A DNA stretch of 64,000 bases from the human T2T-CHM13v2.0 reference genome, Homo sapiens (GCF_009914755.1 NC_060931.1), one strand, 5' to 3'. Shown: positions 1 to 13,915, counted from the first letter of the stretch. The notes: a model not told the origin generated them from the letters alone. Translations and numbers: made by a program.

Positions 1-3000
1 GGCAATGGTCATTCAAAACAGCCATTTGAATCTCTTGACCTAAAAAACAATTGCTGATGTGTTTGGCAGTGACATGATGGAGGTAGGCTGATATTAGCCT
101 TTAGCCCTTTTATAAAAGGAAGGCAGGTGAATTGCGGTCTGGAGAGATAGATAGTAGCCCCAGAGAAATAAAAGGTGTTCATAAATTTCTTCTGCTTGCT
201 AATGAGCCCAATCTGTCTCTCATCTTACCTCTACTTCAGTGTCAGCTTGTTAAAGTTGCAAAACTTAAAAGTTACTTGACTATTGAAGGAGATTGATGCT
301 ACCAGTGGGTCACTCTCAGTCCTCCTGGATCCACAGTGTTGTACTATGCTCAGTGACCAGCACAAGAATCCAGTCCAGCCACAAGTCTGCTCTTATATGC
401 TTCTCCAGCACTGACTGTATTTATGGAAAATGTGGCTTTGGCTTCAGGGTAGGTATTCCTAAGCTAAAAAATAAATCCATGCTGTCCATTTTTTGGCACC
501 TTTCCTTGTGATTTAAAAACCAATGCAAATCAAATCAATAATAATTCATTTTCTTTTTACCAAATTTGGAATATACCAAATAACACAGTCCTAAAAGATG
601 AATACTCTTGCTATGTTGCTGAAACTTGACTTCTATCTGGAAGCCTGGGGAGTTGGTCAGCCAAATCACTTCATTGCATCACTGCACAAAACCACATCCC
701 CACGTGGTTGGGAACTGCTGTAGGCTTAGAAGCCAAAGGTCTTGTTCCCCTATTTACATTTTTCTGTAAAATGCACTTTTATGATATAACTGGTCTTTTG
801 CTTAAGTTAAGATGCCCAGAATCCAATCATTTTTAATAGAATAGAGCACTTGCTTTCCTGATTTGAGAAACAAGGTGTTTCAGGTATGAATATGTAGGGT
901 GATTTTTATCTTCTTTAATGATTAAAATCTAAAAGTGAGAGTTGGAACATTAGTTACAAAAATACTTTTTAAAAAGGTAAAATTGTTTTTGGAGTTGAGA
1001 TAATCAGCTGTCCAGATTAATATGTATAATATAAGATACATATGTAGGCGGTGCATAAATATTTGTTGAATGAATGAATGAAAAGTGATTTACAACAATT
1101 GAAAAATCTTCTTTATGATCCCTTCTTCAGTATTCCAAGCCACAACCAAGTTCAGCTAACTGAATAGAGAAAGACATTGAGTTTATAACCCTTTAACAAA
1201 ATAAAAGGTTATAATTACTTGTCCCTGGCTCTAACAATTATTTAATTCTCTGAAGAAATTTTAAACTGAAGGTTTTAGTATAAAAAAGGCATTAGCTTTA
1301 AAAATGGGCTTATGTTCACCTAGAACTTAGAACATTTGCTTTTAAAAAAATAATTGTGAAATCAAGAAACCCAAATATCCAGTTTTATCACTGATAAATA
1401 CCTAGGGTGTTCATGTCTCAGATAAACTAAGATTATAAGCCTTTCTTACTCCTATGTCCAACTGACACCCAAATTGTCCCCATTTATTATGACTTAAAAT
1501 AACTATGATCATGATAACAATAATTCAATAAAAATAACAAGTGCCATTATACACCAAACTCAGCAGCATTTATGTTAACAGCCTGTAATCTATTTGAAAT
1601 GAAACAAAATTATTCTAAAGTATGCTTAGATATATATTAAAAATTCAGTTGCTATTAGGTTAATATTCTTAGCACATGAAATGGAATATGAAATTATGGG
1701 CTCATATTCTTAATGATGTTTCAGAGGGATTTTTCAGTCACTGTATTTGAAACATCTGATAAAAATTGGGTTATTCTATAATACATTTTACAAATTTATT
1801 TCAGTTATTGGGAACATATATGGATCTTAAGGCAGTATTTTATACTTGATAAGCATTAATTCTTGTTCTTGATCTTGTTCTCAGTAATCTAAATGTGCTA
1901 GTGTGGTTTAAAAAAATTCTACTACAGCTTAACTGATTGCTAAATGATGACATTTTTGAAGTTGCAATGAATTATCTATTAAATAGAGTCTAATTTAGGT
2001 CCTTATTGAAGCACAGATTAAGAGATATCCTTGATTAATAAAATGTGCCCCATCTGTGAATATCGTTCAATGTGAAAAATGTTCTAAAATAAAAATATGT
2101 CTTTTAAAAGTTGAACATATTGCTTCAGTATTGCTTAGTGTGTTTATATGAAAATTGCAGCTATAAAGAAAATGTCATATAGTCTTTCTGATTCTGTAGG
2201 CCGTTTGTCTGAAACCAATCATAAGGGAGTGAGGTGACAAAGCATGAGTAGTTCAGAATTCATCATCATTAAAGAAAACTTTAAAGTTCATTTTTCATTA
2301 AAATATTATAGTATATTCATTTATAAAGGGAAGAGGGGAGGCTTATGTAGATTGTAATTACAGATTTTCTCTCTTTCTCTCTCCTCCCTTACTGACCTCA
2401 CCTGTTCTGGACATAATATTTGAATTAGCATCCCAACTGGGACAAGGACAAAGAGAGTGCTAGTAAAAGAGATAGAAAGATAGGACAATTTTTTGAATTA
2501 ATATTTTTTCTCTTCTATCATATGTAAATAATATTTCTCCTTATTAAACATTTACTTATTGCTTAGTATTAAGCTAGTATACTTTGTGGGAATAGAAAGT
2601 AGGTAGAAGACAAGGCCCATGAGCTTACAATCTTACTAGAGAAATCTGAAGCTATTAGAGAACTCCATCTCATCATGTAAAGCGAAATACTGATTACATA
2701 TAATTTCGGCATGCAGAAAATTGAGAAATTGATTTGTGAGTCAAAGTGATTAAAGACAAATGGGCGTGTAGATTGAGTTGGATAGCTTGGGAGAGAAGGA
2801 GAAGTATGTATTTGTATGCTGGTAGAGGTATATATGTGTGTGTGTGTATTTATGGAATGGTGATAAAGAATGGAAAACAGAAAAGGATGAGAGAATGATC
2901 TGGATAGAGGAAAATAAAGCTGTATCATAAAGGATCTTACCAATGGGCCTTGAATTCAGTCCCAGATATATAATAGAGAGACACTGAAGTTTCTTAAACA

Positions 3001-5994
3001 GTGGGGTCAAATTCTAAACAACTTAAAAAACTGGCCTCATCCTTTGTTAAAAATTACTTTCAAACTTTTCAAACTCTCCTACTCATAATTTTTTTTCAAG
3101 TGTCACTGGTTCCTACCATTCTCTTATTTCTTTATGTAGCTTCTCTTTGGTGATTATGTATGTGGTACATCCTGGTTTCTGCTGCTAATGGTGAAATATA
3201 TTTAACTATGTTTTTCTGCCTTCTGCCATGGAGAAGTATCTAAGGCAAGAAGCCGGGTCTCCTATTTCCTTTGTTATATTCCTCCTCATCCTTATGATGA
3301 ACACATTATAATTGATCATGATTATCAATATAAGTATAGTTTTAGTTGGTTTAAAATAGAATGTTTCTCAGTTGAATATTTATGAGAATCTATTTTTTCA
3401 TGTACATACAATTTGAATTGGTTTTAAAATTGTAACAGAGAGCAAATCTTTCTCAGTAAGACTCACTATGGTAGAAAATGTGTTTCTCTCTTCTTTTTTT
3501 TTTTCTTCCTGAAAATGACAGTTTTTTTATGCCCATGATGGAAACACAAAGCACTGGAGCTCATGCACTACAGACAATGCTCAAGACCTTCCAGGCATAA
3601 CAAATAATAGCACCACAGAGAACACAGGTTCTTTCTGCATCGAGAAACTCAGTTGCATTTTATCTAGAAGCATTGATGGCAATAATTGTTCCAAATTTCC
3701 AATGCTCTGTGGGTGTATCAGGACTATCTAAAAATAGGAACACTTGTTTCTTTGAATTATAAATTCTAGGATGCACGACTATTTTCTCTACTATATTACC
3801 TACCAACTTTCTTATTTTTAATGGTAGCTAAAAAGTTACTACCATAAGACTATCTTTTCTAGTTAAAAGTCAACAAGCCACTAGATTAAAAATATGAAAA
3901 GGATGTTTCACAATAAATCATTTTAAAATATAAATCAGAAAGTATCAATAAAAATGTACTATTAATTATAGACATTTAAATCTAAACCTTGTGTGTAATT
4001 AAAAATAGTATACACTTTTGCACTGGGTTAAATTTAAAAGCCATTTTTAATGCATGTTAGGCATAGCAAAAAAATCTATAAAAAGAAAACTAGATTTATG
4101 TTCAGTTTGCAAGTCTCTAAGACTAAAACCCAAGCCAGTAGCAGGTTTGATCAAACGATTTATTGACAACCCTGTAGAACTCCTTGTATATAGTAGGTGC
4201 TTAGTAAGTATCCATTCAAAAATAGGTCCTTCTGTAATCGAAAACTGTGGTGATATTAAAACATATTCCTAAATTTTATGGTTTGTATGTTTGAAACAGA
4301 ATCTTGAAACAGGTTTGATACCCTCTAAAAGAAATCCATGAACTATTTATAACATATTTATAATTGGAGATAGAACATAAAAAAATACAAGGAATAGAAT
4401 ACAAAGAAATAATGGGGCACAAATATCCATAATGTAGTCATCTGAAATGGAAGCAGAGCATCAAGTCTGTCTTATTAAAATTAAAAGCTCTATTATGAAG
4501 TTGGCACATGAATAAAGCAGAATACCAGTGAAAGAATATTTTAACGTGCTGTAGATATTCTCCAGTGCTGATATCAACAAGCAGGGATCACTTTGGGCCT
4601 ACAACTTCTTAGGTAGAAACCTAGTTAGCTGGAGTCCTATACATAGGAAGTGGCTTTCAGTGGACCAGTGTCAGCTGTGGGAAGCTATGTTGATTCAGAA
4701 TAGCCATGTCACTTATATCCGGGGAATATCAGTGACCCAGATGGGCAAATCATAGATTTTTTTCAAGCCAGTGGAATATTAGAGCTCAACCCCTTCATTA
4801 TACAGTTGAAGGGACTAAGAGGTCAAGTGAATTGATCTTGCCCTGTAGCTGATCAGCAGCTCACTGCCTAACATCCAGGCTGACAAGCTTTTCTTGACTG
4901 CGTAAGGTAATTAAATAGAAGCTATGTTTACTGAGACCACAGACAACACCAAGCTGGCATGGGAGGAAGACAGCAGCTATTATGTTAGAAGTTGGAACTA
5001 CCTTGACACAAGAGTTCCTTTAACACTTATCTCACATATCTTCTTTATGGCACTTATCACGTTTGTCTCATAATTTGTTTATGCCTCTGTTGCTAGATGG
5101 TGAACTGAGAGGGCCAACCCATATACACAGTAAAAAATAAAATTTATTTAAGATGCCAGCAAGAGGTAAAGCAAGAGGTCAAATAAAAAGAAGGAAGTCC
5201 AGCCCAAGTGGAATGAAAGCAAGAGGTTCAAATGGCCAAAACAATAGCCTACAAAAATGCGGTGACGAATGACCAGGTGTGTTAACAGCTGACCACGAGT
5301 CAAGAGTTAGAAAAGTGGGAAGACCATGTGATGCACAAATACTAAGCAAACAGTACTTATGGGGTAATTCTGCCATTGTATTATCCATGAATTATCCCTT
5401 TACTATGTATAGCTACAAACACTAGTGTTATAGAAGGCTGTAGAGCAATTTCAGAGTAGGGAAAGAAGTGTAATTAGTTGGGACATGGACTGGGAATAAT
5501 GGTCCTGGAAGGTGGACCTTTAAAGGGAGACTTGACAGACTCCAAGAAAAGACTGTACCCAGCCTGTGATAATCATCAACTTTAAATCTCCACTTTACAT
5601 AGAATGTGACAAAATTGATTTAGTACTCCAGAATATGAGCCAGATGTAGGTAAAACTCCCCACCTGGTGTGAACTGTGTAACCCACTTTTAAAATCTAAG
5701 CAACGTTCTTCTGAAAAGTTATTTGAAAAATCAAATAGATTCTCCTGTTTCTGCAGTAATACAATCCTATATGAAGGCAGAGAGGGATATTAGAACTACT
5801 ATTCTTTGCTTCCTTCAGATTCTCCGTGGGAAAGGAGAGAGAGAGCAGCAAGGTGGGGGTGAATTCTGAAGGCTGGGAGCTTTGTTTCTGCTCAGTCACT
5901 TCCGCTCCCATTAGTCTCTAACCTTGGCCAGCTATTTAAAAAGAACAAAAGAAAACAAAACAAAAAACAAAACAAAACCAGCAGTAGCAGCAGT

Positions 5995-6410
5995 AATAAC
6001 AATAACAATAGCCAGAATTTACTGAAGTTCACAATGTGCTGGTTACTGTACTAAGTGATTTACAGCTATTCTTTGCCAACCTGCGCAAGTTACTTAACTT
6101 CTCTGTGCTTTAGTTTCTTCATTTGCGAAGTATAGATAATAATAGCATCTAATTACTGTGATAATCAACTGAGTTGATATATGAAAAGTGTTTAGAACAG
6201 AGCTTGATACATAGTAAGTACTTAATAAATAATAGTTATATTTTTATCTCATTTAATCTTCGAAGCAAATCTTAAAATGTTGCTACTACTTATTCCTCAA
6301 TTTACAGATAAGCAAATTGAGACTCAAAGAGTTTAACTGATTTGCTTAAGACCATAGAGCTGGTAAGGGCCAGAATAAGGACTTAAACCTCCAAATGTCC
6401 CGCTTTTTAA
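5995..6410. mobile_element. MIR nested in an oppositely oriented MIR
   Basis: Plus-strand core CAAGTTACTTAACTTCTCTGTGCTTTAGTTTCTTCAT (about 6086-6240) interrupts a minus-strand MIR (ATTTACAGATAAGCAAATTGAGACTCA). Confidence 0.7.
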
Positions 6411-9400
6411 CTTCTACACCATGCTGGCCTTCCCAGTTCAGTACCTAAATCCCAGCCACACCACATAAACTTCTCTGATTAGTGAATCCCTATGTTGAAC
6501 ACATCATGAGCTTTCAAATCTCATTGCCTTTTGCTCACCTTGTTATTCCCTCTATCTGAAATGACTTTCTCAACTTTGTCAAGCAGATTAAATTAAAATT
6601 ATCCTTCAAGACTGAGTTCAAGTGTCACCTTTTCTATCTCACCTTCCTGCTCCCACTTTCACAGAATTAATTGCTTGTTTGTGTTCCTTTAACACTTATC
6701 TCACATATCTTCTTTACAGCACTTATCACATCATCTCATAATTTGTTGATGTCTCTGCTGCTAGATGGTGAACTATGAGAGGGCCAGCCCCTCATACGCA
6801 GTAAAAAATGAAATTTATTTAAGATGTCAGACTCTGCTAAGGGCTTCACAAGGATGCACACTCCCTGAATCTTCTCAAAAACCCTAGGACATATGTACCA
6901 TTGCAGTCCACTTTTTACTGATGAGGAATAGAAAGGTTAAATAACTTGCCCAAAATCACACATGCAGTAGATGCGCAATAAATGATTGTTGTACTGAATT
7001 GTGTCTAAGTAAAAATGCTTAAGAAAAATGTTCAAAAATTCCCTTTTTCACAGAAGAAAATGATCTTTTAACTTTTAAATTTTTGGATGAAAAAGAACAA
7101 ACTCTTTTTTCATCTATTTAGTCAGATTTTTCCCCCTGAAAGCTATGAAAAGGAACAATTAACTTTAGCTAGTTCAAGCTCAAGTGTCAATTCAGCTTTA
7201 AAAATTATAATCACTTTTCCTTATATTGTAGGATTATAGTCATCTTCCTTATATTGTGGGATAATGAATGACTTGTTTCCTTATCCCATAATCTTGAATA
7301 CCCTTATAAGTTAAATGTTACTTTATTGTCTGTCAAAACCACACAAACCAGGAAATGCATTACAGTATCAGTTTTAATATTTGTGTCAATAATCTATTAT
7401 TTTCCAAACACAGAGAGAAGAAAAAGGAATTGCTTTCTGCCTCCAAGCTGAACTTGGAACCTAGGTCTTTCTGAGCACGATGTTGTCCTACGTCCCCAGA
7501 AGGAGCCAAGGAGGCAGCTATGAATGTCAGGTGTGAATAATTCAAAACCCCAAACCACCTGAGGCTTTGAGGCCTTTTTTTTTTTTTTTTTTCAATTACT
7601 CAGAGGGAAACACAGTCTCCTTGATTTCCTCTGGGGACCTTTCAGGGAGCCAGTCCTTGTAATAACTGCCTGTTATGGTGAGAGGAAAACTGGCTTTAAA
7701 AGCCTTTTAACCCAAAGGGATTGAGCAGCTAATGGACATCATCCCTTTGGCAAAAAGGGATGATGTAAAACTCCTGCCCCATTTTAAAAACCAGGACTTG
7801 TTTATATAATCTTTTCATACAGTTAAAGCTTTTTTGGTTTTAATATATTATTTAGAGCCTGTTACATTGCAGCATAAGGCAAAAACAGTTATCAAAACAA
7901 CAACAACAACAACAAAAACTTCTCTCTACATTGCTCCAATTCAAATATGCCTTTAACTTATTTGACTGTTTTGACTGATGGCCAAAAAAGAAATTCCAGT
8001 CATTTGCAAATGTTATTTTCATTTTAACCACTATACAGACTAATTATGAATTTTTGCATCAAAACTGAGCAATTCTACCATTTTAATGTGGTGTAAAAAA
8101 AGTTTCTGAGGGAATTAGAAAACTCACAGATGCTGACATGCCCACAGTTGACAATAACAACAAAAAATTTCAGCAGTAAACAGTTCTTAGTATATCCTGC
8201 AATTTCCATTTAAAACATTTATAAGAGAATATTAACAAACATGAAAATGATATATTTTTGCATAGAAAAATAAACTCACAAGGTTTTAGAACCATAAATA
8301 ACCCACAATTCTGGTTACCATCTACCTTGATTAATGTCTTTAGCCAGTATTTGAAACATCACCATTTATCATCTTAGCTTCTTTCTTTTCTTTTTAATAT
8401 GAAATTAATGCAAACTGCTTTTGTTTTAATAATAATAATACAGTCTATGCTACATATGGCATGAAATAATGAAACCCAGTAAATTTATCCAATAGTGAAT
8501 ACACAGAAGTGAAGAGTTTTGGCTCTGTTTGCAACTGTCCTACAGTAATCCCAGGTGCAACCCAACTCATTATGACACAGTTTAGCTGAAAAATGTAATC
8601 TGTATGGTTATAAATCAGTTTCATTGTACTTACAATACAAGTAAATTTTGGAGGCCAAACCAAGTTTTCAGCTGATAGGCGATTAGGGAGTTTTATTGTA
8701 TTCCAATTAAGGAGCAAAAAAAAACATTGACGGGGTGGCATGCTTTAATAATAAAAGATATGCACCCTGTTTCACAAGTTACTTGGGAGGGCCCCCGCAA
8801 GTCATCGTAAGATGCACACAAATAAGTCATTCCTTTGATTGCATTTTACCCACGCATTTTCATCCTATCTTGCAGGAACATGTGAGTATGTCAGAAAAGA
8901 CACCTCCATGTCTCTTAAAGCAATTGAAATATCTCTGTTTTGGAAGTGGATAGTTGGGATATGAAGGGAACTTTGGAAGGGAAAATAGATTTTGCTGTTA
9001 TTATGTAGATAGAATTAACTACATGGGAGCTGGTTCTAAAATACAACACGCTGATTCGTGTAAGTGTGGGTGAAAGGTTCCTGGTGCTTTGAATAGAATG
9101 AGGGGGTTCCCTCTCAGTTGAGGGAGTATGTATAATATATACGAGATCCCAAATAACACTGGGCAAAGATAGGTGATAAGGCACTGAAGTGAAAATGGAG
9201 AACAGTCCATTTATGGCCATTATGACCAAGTTCTTCTTAGGGAATTTTTACCATATTAACACTCACAACTCATTGCTACTATGTATTTATTGTTTCTTTC
9301 CCACTAGATTAAGAAATCTAAATGAGAGACTGTTCTGCTTTGTTTTCCACTATGCACTCAGCACCAAGCCCAGCACCCAGCACATATTTGTTGAAAAAGT

Positions 9401-10036
9401 AAATAAATGAACAAACAATTCAGGTAGCATCCATGGAAGTTGAGGCAAATGGATAAGTGGCCATATTTATGTGTTAACAATCATAAATCAGTTAACTTCT
9501 ATAGACAATCCTGGTGAGAAATCCAACCAGCTGATATCTGCAAAAGATAATTCAGTCAATAGATTATCCTATCTACAAATAATTTTTTCATCTAATCACT
9601 ATGGTCAATTTTGTGTTATTTAAATGGGGTCTCTGTGGAGAAATGGGCAAGTTACTCACCTCTTTCTGCCTTGGTTAATACCCGCATAGGATTCCACAGT
9701 CACAGACTGAATGCCTAGCTTCAGCCAGGCATCTCACAGATAAATCTATTACATGCAAAATGAACCAGATGAAATAGTACAGACGTATCCACGCAAACAT
9801 ATCACCACTATTATGAAAAACAATTTAAAGGCCGTTCAGCTCAGATGTGTGCTCAGTCCAAGAGGGAGACACATTATTATTGATAATCAGTCTCACAGGG
9901 AAGTTGGACACCCCCTGCCCCGCTACAGTGGGGATGTATTTTTATGGATTAAAGATTAATTACATTAAATACTGAATTTTGGAATGAGTGCTAAAATAGA
10001 TAATGTGATTTGGTCATTAAGACACTGAAGCAGGTT

Positions 10037-12632
10037 TTTATTTTGTATGATTACTACTGTTACCAGTTGAGTTACAAATGGCATTGATTCACTGAGGATG
10101 TGTCTTGTCAACTGCTTCCTGCTTGACCTGCAAATGCCAAGTTAGTCAGGAGTAGGCTTAAATAAAAGTCACTGCAGTTCAGCCTGACTTACTGATTACT
10201 GGGGCTGGTTTCTTACCAAAACTGTGGGAATCGGTTATTCCAAATAGCTAGGTGGAGTCAGGCAGCTTCACGTGGCCGTTGCTCTTGACTCCTCAGTCCC
10301 CAACTCTTAACCCATATCTGTTTTCTTGTCTATGCAATGGTGAACCTGTTCTCTCTGGCCTTAAGATTATTGCTGAATTTTTTACTGATTGCTGGTGATA
10401 TTTGAACCTCTAAGCAGAGTTAGTTATTATCATCATTGCAATTACGTTTCTACTATAAATTTTTTTGAGTTACAATCACAATGTTATCAGAACATCTTTT
10501 GATAACATTTCCTTTATTTTAGATAATGATTTCAGTACCAAGGAGACTTTATTGCTAGATCCAACTCACTGTTGTGCATTAAATTTTGTCTCAGATCTAA
10601 TCAACTTTGGTGTAAAGTAAAAATGAGGTCAGAATGCTCACTAATTCATGGCTTGAGCTGTCCTTATAAGAGCAAAACTGAATAGTTGCATATATCATTG
10701 AAACATTTCATTGATTTATTTTCCTTATTTATATTGATATTCTCTTTACAGAAGTACTATAGCAATATGGAATTCTGTGTTATTAGATTCCTAATCTTAA
10801 TTATCAAATACCAAAAAAAAATAAACTTCACAAAAACCAACCAATAAACAAAACAACAGAAAGCAAACAAAAATAATAACTTTTTCTAGTTTTGTCATAA
10901 TGTTAGTGTAAACCATTCTTCTTACAAGTTGTATATTTAGAACCCCAAATTTCTATGGTACTATGCTCCAAATTAAAGTGTGATGTTTATATTAAAATTC
11001 TGAGCCAATTAACTAAGCAGGTACACATCTCTAAATACTACTGGCATTTAAGAATAATAGAGGGATGATTATAATAAACTACCAAATAATGCTTTTACAG
11101 ATAATATTATGTCAGTTTATCAGCATTATGTTGATTATCATTCATACATTTCCAGTCTGGAATGTAGTAGCTACAAGAATCAAAAAGCAAAACCATAATA
11201 AAGCTAGTCTTCCTAGTTTGTGCTTGCCTCCCAAATTAAAAAAAAACGTTGTTATGTGCCAAAAATGTAAAACTTATTTCAAGAAAATTAACAGGCTACA
11301 CGGGTAAATTTTGGCAAATGCAACTTTATATTGAAGTTCACACATCTGTATCTTAAAGAATGAGACTCACAGACTCTAATGTATTTCTAAAATACCAGAA
11401 ATCATAATATAAGCTTTCACAAGTTAAAACTGAAATAATTTAAATTACCAATACACTGAATGTGCAGAAAGTATAAACAAGACTGTGCCTTCAGTAGAAT
11501 AAATGCTTCACAAATTGTGCAGGATGTCATACTAAGGCTGTGGTCTCCCCTTGACAGCTGACTTAAAATATAAACATACATCAACTGCCTGCTTCTTAGA
11601 ACAGTTTAGAAAGGGTAGCACACCGTAGAAGAAAATCTCATTATTTCAGTGATGTGCACTTTAAGTTTCAAACCATGTGAGAAAAAAGGAAAAAGTAATA
11701 AATGATCTTCCATGCACTTTTAGATGCATGACCATGACCAGTTACTGATTTGATTTCCCTTGGCTATTTGCTCCAGTGCTAAATAAGATGAAGGATACTA
11801 GATAACCCTTTAAGGCAACATGTATTTATTCTGCATTATTAGAACTGCTCAGTTGTGACAGGCTGGTACCATTAATGTTGCCTCCCAGACCAATATCTAG
11901 CATTTGTAAAATATAAATGAATTGGAAAAACTTTATACCAAATCAACAAAAACCACATAATACAGTTCAATGCTAGCAATCTTACTAGTAGATGAGGAAA
12001 GTGGTATTTAGAAATAGCAATGTATTAATACAAAAAAAGTAAACTCTAATTGGAACCAATACACTGCTTTGGAATGCTCCCCAGAACTTACAAGGCGGTT
12101 TTTAAAGTGTGATATTCCAATAATTCATTGGCACGTCTTTAGTGGATTACAGTACTTTAAGTCCCCAAATATTTTAGTCTTTGCAAAACAATAGTAGTAT
12201 GAAATGTTTTAAAGTCTTCAAACTTCTAAAATTAGTTTTTATCAACACATTTACCTCATGTCAACTTAATTTATTAAGATGTCCAATGCTAATTGTTTTT
12301 TGATGTTTTTTCATATGTAGTGACATACAGAGCATTTAGCACTGATACTTAGCACCTGCTACTTTCATTATCTAGTTTTTGACCACATAAAGAAACTTAG
12401 GGCAGTGGTTCAGTCCCTTCTTAATTACAAACCTTTGCTGGCAGTCAGCAGGATCACTCTGAGATTTAAAATAGGATTATAGGTGAACTATTGCAAAGAC
12501 TGCAGAATGTTGCCCAAATCCTTAAAACTGCTGATTCCATTCTTGAATTTCTTCTCAAAATATGGCTATGGGCCACAATTGCTCAGCAGAGAAGGTTAGT
12601 TTTCACAAGGCTAAAGATTTACAGATGCTCCC
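10037..12632 (-). other. GPR85: GPR85 long AU-rich 3' UTR with several AATAAA signals
   Basis: AT-rich stretch with no recognisable interspersed repeat after the stop codon. Minus-strand AATAAA at 12270, 11825, 10715, 10513 and 10037. The true 3' ends cannot be determined. Confidence 0.55.
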
Positions 12633-13745
12633 TCATATAACACAGTAAGGTTCCCTTGGTAACCTGGATTTTCTGCAGTAAAGAAGGGTTGTGCTGAAAC
12701 AGCGCCTCAGCTCCCTGTTTGAGAAAATGCAGACAAAAGGATTGATTCCTGCTTGGGCAAAACTCATCCAGACAGCAGCTGTTAGAAATCCCCCTGGTAC
12801 TACAGGCCCTCTTGCAAAAACTCTCCAATAACAGGCCACCAGGTAGGGGCCCCACAAGGTTAGAAACAGAAAAGTCATTATATAGAACATTCTGCTGATT
12901 CTTTTCTCCATTTTGAACTCGTCTAAGACCAATAGCCTTCTTCTGCCTGTGGTGTTTGCATTTTGCCTGATGCCCAGCAAGGTGGGTGGTGTGGGACCCC
13001 TTCCAAATCCTGCTAGCCAATTGGCAGCTGCCTGGCCACTGGCTCCAGGACCATGAAAAGTCCAGTTCTGGCTGACTGCTGCTACAAACTGGACTGGCTT
13101 CATTTTTCTTCGATCGTGGACGAAAAATATCAGCTTGAGGTAGACAAGCTGTGTGGCTAGGAGGATGAGAGCAAGAAGCAGCATAAATCCTAAGGAATCA
13201 TTAGCCCTGAAGGAGCGGTGTTGGAAGGTGCATTGATCTTCCTCCCTAATGAATGAGTAAGTGCCCACGTCTAAAACCGGGGGAAATGCCATGGCCACAG
13301 ACAGAGTCCACACCATACAGATCACAGCCAGACACGTCCAAAAGGTCAGCCTCTTTGTATAGAAGCGGTGATGGGCGATAGCTAAGTATCTGGTGACACT
13401 GATGCAGAAGAGCATGAAAGCAGTGTGGAAACAGGACAAAACCCCCAGAAAGGCAATCACTTTGCAAGTCAGAGTCCCATAAGTCCAGGTAGAGCCATTT
13501 TTGACAGAGTTGAACACAAATGGGAAACAAATTGCAGATCTGAGGATATCTGAACAGCAAAGATCCAACAGGAAGTAGTAAGGTGCTCTATGCAAGGTCT
13601 TATCTTTCACTAGCAAAATGGAGATCAGGAGGTTGCCCACCACGCTGACTCCTATTATGAAACCCAAGGAAGTCAGTTTCAGAAAGGCTGTTAGAGGCGA
13701 GAGATTTTGCAAAATGTTGTCAGCTGCATGGCTATAGTTCGCCAT
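12633..13745 (-). CDS. GPR85: G protein-coupled receptor 85 (SREB2), 370-aa orphan class A GPCR, CDS within a single exon
   Basis: ATG-initiated 370-aa ORF with seven hydrophobic segments. It has TM1 GN, TM2 D, TRY in place of DRY, WGPY in TM6, NPFV in place of NPxxY, and a C-terminal YCVI. The sequence MANYSHAADNILQNLSPLTAFLKL is recognised as SREB2/GPR85. Confidence 0.99.
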   Translation of the reverse strand: MANYSHAADNILQNLSPLTAFLKLTSLGFIIGVSVVGNLLISILLVKDKTLHRAPYYFLLDLCCSDILRSAICFPFVFNSVKNGSTWTYGTLTCKVIAFLGVLSCFHTAFMLFCISVTRYLAIAHHRFYTKRLTFWTCLAVICMVWTLSVAMAFPPVLDVGTYSFIREEDQCTFQHRSFRANDSLGFMLLLALILLATQLVYLKLIFFVHDRRKMKPVQFVAAVSQNWTFHGPGASGQAAANWLAGFGRGPTPPTLLGIRQNANTTGRRRLLVLDEFKMEKRISRMFYIMTFLFLTLWGPYLVACYWRVFARGPVVPGGFLTAAVWMSFAQAGINPFVCIFSNRELRRCFSTTLLYCRKSRLPREPYCVI

Positions 13746-13915
13746 AGATGGATGGAGGATAAGGATACAGCCTCAGTCAAGTCTCATGATCTAGATATAA
13801 GAACAAGGAAAAGATAGATCCATACATTTTACTGAAAATATAATCCACAAAGAGAACTGATCTGATCTGCAGTCATGCTTCCTCTTTTCTTCCACTTGTT
13901 TTGCCATCAGAATAT
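13746..13915 (-). other. GPR85: GPR85 5' UTR part of the coding exon, starting at a strong splice acceptor
   Basis: Minus-strand long poly(T) followed by CAG|A (plus-strand A-tract from 13919, CTG at 13916-13918). The exon starts at 13915. Confidence 0.85.

Noticed and set aside
12619-13560. Alternative-frame ORFs of 133 aa and 104 aa overlapping GPR85
   Set aside because: Both start at TTG rather than ATG and have no usable internal Met. They are expected shadow frames of a real CDS.
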